Notes under the pieces: model-generated
What the model was told of the DNA's origin: nothing
The model's input: the letters and a program-made list of their open reading frames with translations, nothing else
Databases searched by the model: none
Assembly: GCF_009914755.1 (NCBI RefSeq)
Contig: NC_060927.1
DNA length: 64,000 bases
Source of the DNA: the human T2T-CHM13v2.0 reference genome, Homo sapiens
Direction: 5' to 3' (one strand)
Made by a program: the position numbers and the translations under genes
Part shown: in pieces, positions 55,822 to 64,000 of the stretch
Numbering within the stretch: position 1 is the first letter of the stretch
How the letters are laid out: every line of letters begins with the position of its first letter

Positions 55822-56495
55822 TCAGTGGATTCCTGCCCTTTGAAGCTAAAGTGTCCCTTATACAGTAAATACTTTGTAACATATCCTATACCTTTCTGAA
55901 ATCGAGTTCATAGATAATGTAATCTACCTTTTTTTAAATCAGCATAACATCTTAATAATATATAGAAAAAATGAAAGGAAATTTATAATAGTTTATGTTT
56001 TAACATGTAAATGCTTAGACATGACTACACTGGAAGATAAGATGAAGAAGTCACACATTCACACCTTTTTGTAGAACTGGCATGAAAGCAGCAGCTACCA
56101 TGCAGACTTACAGAGACCAGGTTTTGGTGAATCAGTGATTTTATGAAATGATAAAAACAACTCTTGGTAAAATTCTACACAATACAAAACACACTTTTCC
56201 CTCAACTCACAAGGTAATCCCATCTTGGGAGATCCAGTGCATGTTAAAACCATACAAAAAATAGTATGTGGGGGTATGTAAGAAGAAATTAGGCTCTAGG
56301 CTCAGATTATTTCCCTACGCGAATCACCTACATTCTAAAGTCATGTGGGATGTGGAGAGTTCCTCACTGCACAGAACAGCTGACATCTCTGGCCTCACGC
56401 ACTAAATGCCAGTAGTGACCTCAAGAAGCAACCAAGAATATCTCCCAGACACTCAAATCGCCCGAGGAATATTACTGCTCTGGTTGAAAACTAGT
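55822..56495. mobile_element. MER20B-like hAT-Charlie relic
   Basis: Starts CAGTGG and has a MER20-like right end (CACTAAATGCCAGTAG…CAACCAAGAAT…GGTTGAAAAC). Confidence 0.55.
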
Positions 56496-57550
56496 AATCT
56501 AAGTCAAGGCCAAAGAACCTGCCCTTGATGGTCATGGCTTGTGTGCCCCTTTGTCTTGGTAAGTTGGTATAAACAAGGACAATTTCCTGGCTGGAAAGAC
56601 AGTGACCCTTGGACGTCCAGAGAGAAAGTCCCAGACTACCCAACTTCCAGCAAGTCAAAAGATGCAGGGACAACTTTGGGAGAGACAACAGGGGACCTGG
56701 ACAAAGAGGGGCAGTGCAACAGGCCATGTAGGGACTGCAAGGCTAGGTAGGAAGAGGGCAGAAGCAGCTGACGTTGGGGAAATGGAAAACTGCAAGTGGA
56801 ATCACCCATTCTGATTTTAAACATTCTCTTTCTTCCAGGAATTGTAGATAGCATGAGGGGCAGTCATTATGAGGTATCACAGAACTGGAGACTCCCTGGA
56901 AATGACTCTGCAAATTATCTAATGGCTCTTGGCTTCTAATAAAACTTGTAGTCAAAGTGCTTCATTTTGGGGACTGGACAGCAGACAATGAACTAGAGGA
57001 CAATGGATGTTTTATTTTTCTTTTGTCTTCCTTTTTAAATTCTCGTCCTTATCCTGCACTTAATCACTCAGATCTTTATTTAAAAGATAAAAATTACATC
57101 TTAATATATTGAGGCTTTGGTGTTTTTTTAATTGAATGTTGCTATTAACCAAGGGGGCCTAGTTATATAGATATTGGCATGCAGTTTCATCCAAATGCTC
57201 TTTGTCCTTTAGAGTTAAACATAAAGCTAGTTCTATGGTGACTCACAGCTTCTCTTTTCCCAGCCCCCAATATCTGACCTGCTCATGTTGAGAGCTCCTT
57301 CCATTCTCAAGACTGTTGACCAGAGTAGTTGTTCTCCAACTTTCTCAGTTATGGGAACAATTGAGAGTTTGCTTGTTTGTTTGTTTTAAATCTGAGTCAT
57401 CTGTCCACTCTATTTTTAACTAAAGACTTTTATTGAAATAAAACATTCATAGAAAGGAATACATAAATCATAAATGTATACAGCTTAGTTTTTACAACTG
57501 AACACAAACATTTAACCAGCACTCAGATCGAGAAAAAGAACATGACCATG

Positions 57551-57916
<366 letters not shown>

Positions 57917-59665
57917 CTAAAACATAACCAGTATCCTCACTTCTAACAACATAGATTAAAAGGTAACCAGTATCCTAACTTCTAATGAGATTAACTGAAA
58001 CATTAATGTTTTTGAACTTCGTATGAATAGAATCAGAGTTGTACTTTTTGTGTATTTTTGTCTTTTTTCATGCAACATTATTTTTGTAACATTCATTCAC
58101 TCTATTGCACATGGTTCAAGTTTGTTTGTTCTCATTGCTGGAGAGTCTTCTATTGTGTGAATATATCACATTTTTTATCCATTCTCTTGATAAATATTTG
58201 GGTAGTTTTCTCCTTGGGGCTATTATGATTAGTACAATTATGATTATGTTTTTTGTATATGCCTTTTACATGAACATATGTATGCATTTTTATTGGGTGT
58301 ATACATAGAAATGGAATTATCAGCTATGAGAGTTTGAAGCTATATTAGGTTTCAGTAGATACTGACAAATGACTTTCCAAGATAGTTGTGCAAATTTCCA
58401 TTCCCACTGGCAGTATATGAAAATTTAGATTTCTCCACATCTTCACCAACCCTTGGTATCTTGTTTTTTGTTTTTTGTTTTTTGTTTTTTTAATTTTAGA
58501 CATTTTGGTAGATGTGTCGTGCTATTGCATTGTGGTCTTAAATTTTATTCCCTGATAACCAATGAAGTTGATCATCTTTGCAACCAAGGCTTGTTGGCAT
58601 TGAGCTGCAACACACTGGCATGGTCTGCATTTATTCTCAAGGATTATTGTCTGTAGCACACTGGTTGTTAAATATTTTGCTCAATACTATTTTCCATGAC
58701 AATTTATTGAGTTGTAATTGACATTCAATAAACTGCACATTCTTAAAGTGTAAAATGTGTAAGTTTTGATGCGCACGTATACCTGTGAAACCATTACCAT
58801 AATCAAGATATAAACATTTCCACCACCACCACCACCCAGAAGTTTTTCCATGTGCTTTTGTAATCTTGCCCTCCTGTCGCTCCCTTTTCCCTAAGCCCTG
58901 TCTCTAGGCAACCACTGATTTCCTTGCTGCCACATATATTAGATTGCATTTCCTAGAATTTCTTTACTTAAATCAAATTATACATTAGCTACTATTGTAT
59001 CCATCTTCTTTCACTCAGAATGATTATTATGAGATTCATTTATGCTGTGGCATGTATCAATAGTTCATTCCTTTTTATTGCCAAGAAGCTTTCCATTGTA
59101 TGGATATACCACAATTTGTTTTACCAATTCACCTATTGATGGACAGTTGGGTTGCTTCCAGTTTGGGGCTATTACTACAAATAAAGCTACTATGAATGTT
59201 CATGTTATTGAATAGAAATATGCCTTAATGTCTCCTGAGTAAACACCTAGGCATGGAATGGCAGGATCACTTGGTAAGAATATGTTCACCTTTTTAAGAA
59301 ATGTTCAAACTGGTTTATGATTTTATATTTCTTGCAACAGTATATGAGAGTTATAGTTTCTCCACAATCACAGCAATACTTGGTATGGCAGGCTTTTTAA
59401 TTTTAGCAATTCCAATAGGTATGTAGTGGTGTCTTATTGTGGTTTTAATTGGCATTTACCTAATTAGCATTTACCTAATAACTAATGATGTTCAGCATTG
59501 TTTCATAGGTTTATTTGCCATATATATAATGTCTTCAGTGACATTTCTGTTCAAATTGTTTACCCAATAAGAGTTGGAAGAAGGGTGCTTGCTTTGTTAC
59601 TTTTGAATTTTGGAATTTTTAAAATTCTAGTTACAAATCCATTATCTGATATATGCTTTGCACAA

Positions 59666-60069
<404 letters not shown>

Positions 60070-60200
60070 TAAAAAATCATTGCCTGATGCAAGATCACAA
60101 AATTTTCTCCTATTTTCTTCTAAAAGTTTATGATTTTATGCTTTACATTTAGGTCCAGGATCCATTTTGAGTGAATTTTTGCATATGCTGTGGGTTATGG

Positions 60201-60384
60201 ATCTTTTATTTTTGTTGTTTGTTTTATTTGTATGCAGTATATACCTCATTATTCCAGCACCATTTTTTGGAAAATACTATATTTTTCCTGGTATAAATCC
60301 TTTATTTTTGTTGTTTTATTTGTATGCAATATATACCCCATTGTTCCAGCACTATTTTTAGGAAAATACTACCTTTTTCCTGGT
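60201..60384. repeat. Tandem duplication (~90-bp unit x2) inside L1M
   Basis: TTTATTTTTGTTGTTT…TATTTGTATGCA.TATATACC.CATT.TTCCAGCAC.ATTTTT.GGAAAATACTA..TTTTTCCTGGT occurs twice. Confidence 0.88.
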
Positions 60385-60605
60385 CTTAATGTAGGTTGGA
60401 CTTCCCCATTCATGAGTTAAAAACACAAGGTCTGTGCCATAGGTTTCATTGTTTTAATGATGTCTTCTAATAATTAGTCCTAATTTTGTTTTACTTACAG
60501 TGAGGCCATTCTAATTGCCTTACAACAGTAGATCATAGTCTCTTCCAACTTTAAATTTCTACCAACTTGTACATGGCTCTGCTAGTCAGTGTCTTCCAGG
60601 AAGTA

Positions 60606-60915
60606 CTATTCATTCATTCAGCAAATACTTATTGAGGGATTGTTATGTGTTGTATATTGTTCTAATTACTGGGATCATAGCAGTGAACTGGATTGGGTTG
60701 CTACCATTGAAGAGACTACTTTTTTTATGATAGACATACAGTAAAAAGTAGATACATGCCAGGTAGGGTTATAAATAAAAAATGCAGGGGCAAGGAACAC
60801 ACAGCAATGGACATGACCTAGAGTCCTATTTTAATTAGGGTCATCATTGTCTTAATTATGGCAACATATTCAAAAAGAACTGAAGAAAAAGATGCAACAA
60901 GGCATGCCAATATCT
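60606..60915 (-). mobile_element. L2 3' fragment
   Basis: ATTCATTCATTCAGCAAATACTTATTGAG…CTGGGATCATAGCAGTGAAC. Confidence 0.75.
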
Positions 60916-60922
60916 AAGCAAA

Positions 60923-61214
60923 GGCTGGGTGTAGTGGGTCACACCCATAATCCCAGCACTCTGGGAGGCATATCATTTGAGCCCAGTAATTCAAGACCAG
61001 CCTGGGCAATGTAGTGATACCTCATCTCTACTAAAAATGAAAATAAAAACAATTAGTCAGGCATGGTGGCACATGCCTGTAGTCCCAGCTACTTACGGGG
61101 TTGAGGCGGGAGGATCGCTTGAGCCTGTGAGATTGAGGCTGTAGAGAGCCAAGATTGCACCACTGCACTCCAGCCTGGATAACAAAGTGAGACTTTGTCT
61201 CATAAGCAAGCAAA
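60923..61214 (+). mobile_element. AluJ-like SINE
   Basis: GGGAGGATCGCTTGAGCCTG right arm and a small left-arm deletion. Confidence 0.9.
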
Positions 61215-61352
61215 TATATAACTGCAGAGGATTCTTGGGGAGTTCGAATTGAGACTTTTAGACCTTGAAGAAACGTTTGATATTATCCAGTTCCAGGACT
61301 GCCGCTAGATTTCATCTTCAAAGCCAATTCAATGGATTGGTACTGAATGCTT

Positions 61353-61566
61353 ACAGTCAGCAAGTTTTTTTCTCTAAAGGTACAGATTGTAAATATTTTC
61401 AGCTTTGTGGGCCATACAGTTGCCACTACGATCACGCAGCTCTGTTGTGCAAAAGCAGCAAAGACAATATGTAAACAAATTAATGTGCAATTGCTGTGCT
61501 CCAATAAAACTTTATTTTACAACAAGTGGTAGGCTGGATTTGGCCTTTGGAGTCTGCCAACCCCTG
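61353..61566. mobile_element. MER58A (hAT-Charlie)
   Basis: GTCAGCAAG…GTAAATATTTTCAGCTTTGTGGGCCATAC…CCAATAAAACTTTATTT…GCTGGATTTGGCC…TGCCAACCCCTG. Confidence 0.87.
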
Positions 61567-62169
61567 GACTTGAGTATGGTGTTGGGCAGCCTTACTCAGT
61601 TCTTTCAGAGGGGCACGTCACTCGTTTTGTCATGGACTTCTATGGGGCACTCAGCAATGTGTTTGGCACTGTGGGTCACAATAGCCTCCTCTGTTACTGT
61701 TGTGGTAATAGCAGTAAGACCAGGAAAGTTCTCACAAGCTGTTGGTAGAAAGTTATGCTCTGGCTCACCAACTTAGTTTTGCCACACTGGCCTTTCCTTA
61801 CCCCTCCAGATGCATCAGTAATCAACTTCATATATTTGAAGACAGAGCTTTGGAGGCAGCCCCCTCTCCAAATACAGCCCACATAGCCAGAACAAGCCTA
61901 AGCCTGGAACTGAGCCTTTCCTTAGAAGCCGCTGGTAATGTTCAGAATTAGGGGTAAAAGTTTCTATAAAGTTTTGCTACATTCTGTTAATGCCACATCG
62001 AAAAACCAATTAAAAAAAAAAAAAAACTGCTGCCTGTCTCTGAATCTGAAGTGTGTGAGAATGGAAATTAGCTGTTCCCTAATTTCCTAATGTTCCCTGC
62101 CACTGACCAGTCCTCCCAGCAAGAAAGGAGAGAATAACCTGGCCCAACTAAGGAAGAAAAGTAGGTCAG

Positions 62170-62525
62170 TGATATGGTTTGGCTGTGTCCCTACCCAGAT
62201 CTCATCTTGAATTCCCACACATGGCGGGAGGGACCTGGTGGGAGGTAACTGACTCCCCCCAAGGGACATGGGGGCAGATCTTTCCTGTGCTGTTCTCCTG
62301 ATAGTGAATAAGTCTCACAAAATCCAATGGTTTTAAAAATGGGAGTTTCCCTGCACAAGCTCTCTTCTCTTGTCTGCCACCATGTGAGATGTGCCTTTCA
62401 CCTTCCACCATGATTATGAGGCCTCCCCAGCCTCATGGAACTGTGAGTCCGTTAAATCTCTCTCTTTTGTAAATTGCCCAGTCTCAGGTATGTCTTTATC
62501 AGCAGCATGAAAATAGACTAATACA
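62170..62525 (+). mobile_element. THE1C-like MaLR solo LTR
   Basis: TGATATGGTTTGGCTGTGTCCC…AATGGGAGTTTCCCTGCACAAGCTCTC…CTTTATCAGCAGCATGAAAATAGACTAATACA. Confidence 0.92.
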
Positions 62526-62619
62526 GCCTGGGAAAGTACAAGAGAAATACTATCTTTCTTCTTCTTTTAAATTTTAAACAAATTAGAGAGTTGATTAATT
62601 TGAAATAGACTAAACTTGA

Positions 62620-63071
62620 CTTTTAAAAGAGACCCAAAAAATGACGGCATAAATAAGATAGAAGTGTACATCTCTCTCACATAATAGTCTAGAGGTAAAT
62701 GCTCCAGGCTGGCACGACAGCCAGTACTCCACATGGACATTCAGGGAGCCAGGTTCTTTCCATCTTGTGGCCTTGCCTCCCTCTGGGTTGCTGTCCTCCT
62801 CTCTGGTTTATGTAGAGTTCTGCAGTATTCCACTTGGTAGGGAAGGGGCAAGATAGCAAGTGGAAGGTGGGAAATTAAGGAAGTGACATTGAATTTGCAC
62901 ACAACACTTGTGATCACATTGTGTTGATGAGAACATGGCCACACCTAGCTGCGAAGGAGGCTGGGAAATATGGTGTCTATCTGGATGGCGATATGCTCAG
63001 CTAGAAACCTATTGTAGGGGAAATAGAGAGAATGGATTTGGGAGAAGGGTCCTGGAATTAAGTTTGCCACA
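62620..63071 (-). mobile_element. MLT1I/J-like MaLR LTR
   Basis: AAATAAGATAGAAGT…TCTCTCTCACAT…CATGGCCACACCTAGCTGCGAAGGAGGCTGGGAAAT…TTTGCCACA. Confidence 0.75.
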
Positions 63072-63139
63072 GAGTAGTAGAAAGAGGTAAAAATATAATT
63101 TTTTTTGTCTATTTCTATCGAATGTGTGAATACTAATGC

Positions 63140-63390
63140 CAAACATTACATGGTACCAGAGAATTTATAAAAATCTTTCTCATAAATTATTGCATTTAAT
63201 TCTCCAACATTGTCTTCCATTGAAGTAGATGTTATTTTGAAGTAGACCTTACCTACAATTGCAAATGAAAAGAATAAATGAGACTCAGAAGGATTATGAA
63301 TTTACCTAACCCGACCCAGCAGATAAATATAGAGCCAAGACTTGAATCCAGGGCTTCTTCACTCCAGTCTCAGAGGTCTACCATTTCTAG
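63140..63390 (-). mobile_element. MIR SINE
   Basis: ATGAGACTCAGAAGGATTATGAATTTACCTAA…AGAGCCAAGACTTGAATCCAGG. Confidence 0.65.
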
Positions 63391-63417
63391 CCTCTGTAAC
63401 TTGTCCATCTCAACAGG

Positions 63418-63675
63418 TGTGAAAGAAAAAAAAAAATGACACTTGTTAAAGGTGGTAAGGGGGGACCATGACAACAGCTATAGGAGAAGAGAGATTGGAC
63501 TAACTCTCACTCCACTGAGGACAAGTAGGGATTCATAACCGAAGAGAAGGATGGGGTCAGTGGATGGAAAATCCCTAAGAGAAAACATCAAGCATAAGGA
63601 ATTTCTGGCCAAACTGACTCAGAAAGGATTATTTCTGAAGGCAAGTTAGGGTGATAAGATAACAGGGGTGGTCAG
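63418..63675 (-). mobile_element. ERV1 LTR part (MER31-like)
   Basis: TGTGAAAGAAAAAA…TGACACTTGTTAAAG…GGGGTCAGTGGATGGAAAAT…CTAAGAG…AACATCAAG. Confidence 0.65.
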
Positions 63676-63676
63676 T

Positions 63677-64000
63677 TACTATAGGGAATGAGAAATATAT
63701 TTCTTTCCCATCCCTAGGTTCATGGCTGAGGCCACAATAACAAAAGACAGACTAACCAAAAAAAAAAAAAAAGGCATATAAAAATTGATTTAATGTAAGT
63801 TTTATGTGACACAAGAGCCCGTAGAAATGAAGACCCAAAGAAATAGGTAAGCCTGTGTATTTTTTTTGCTAAGTTTAATGAAGAGTGAGCAGTCCTGCAG
63901 AAGTATGATTGGCCAAAGGGGCATAATCTAATAGTAATAAGCTGGGGGGAATTTAGCAAGGCCTATCTATTTAGGTGGTGCTCTGTGTCCCTGTGTCTTC
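63677..64000 (-). mobile_element. ERV1 LTR (MER67-like), runs off the window end
   Basis: GGTTCATGGCTGAGGCC…ATAACAAAAGACAGA…AAGTTTTATGTGACAC…AATGAAGACCCAAAGAAA…GGGAATTTAGCAAGGCC. Confidence 0.65.

Overview
Primate (human-like) nuclear DNA: AT-rich, CpG-depleted and dominated by interspersed repeats. It reads as deep intron or intergenic sequence. I found no convincing host protein-coding exon, CpG island, tRNA, rRNA or CRISPR array, and I cannot name the locus. The main landmarks are two full-length but inactivated minus-strand LINE-1 elements: an L1PA7-like copy at about 1341-7761 with a perfect 17-bp TSD, and an L1PB1-like copy at about 35707-42387. There are also older L1M pieces, about 13 Alu/FLAM copies, several L2 and MIR relics, MaLR/ERVL/ERV1 solo LTRs and hAT DNA-transposon relics. 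Most long ORFs in the track are translations of these repeats. The most interesting non-routine observations are: (i) a ~135-bp inverted duplication spanning an L2/MaLR junction (30075-30955) next to a canonical G-quadruplex motif; (ii) a repeat-free block with five CAG(A/C)TG E-boxes, SOX and HOX sites and a 20-bp near-perfect palindrome (22890-23220), a candidate developmental enhancer; (iii) a 46-codon smORF with a single-pass TM-like segment directly after a splice acceptor (34060-34200); and (iv) repair-patch-like repeat insertions. None is demonstrated to be a new biological system. Repeat subfamily names come from recalled consensus features, and boundaries of old repeats are approximate.
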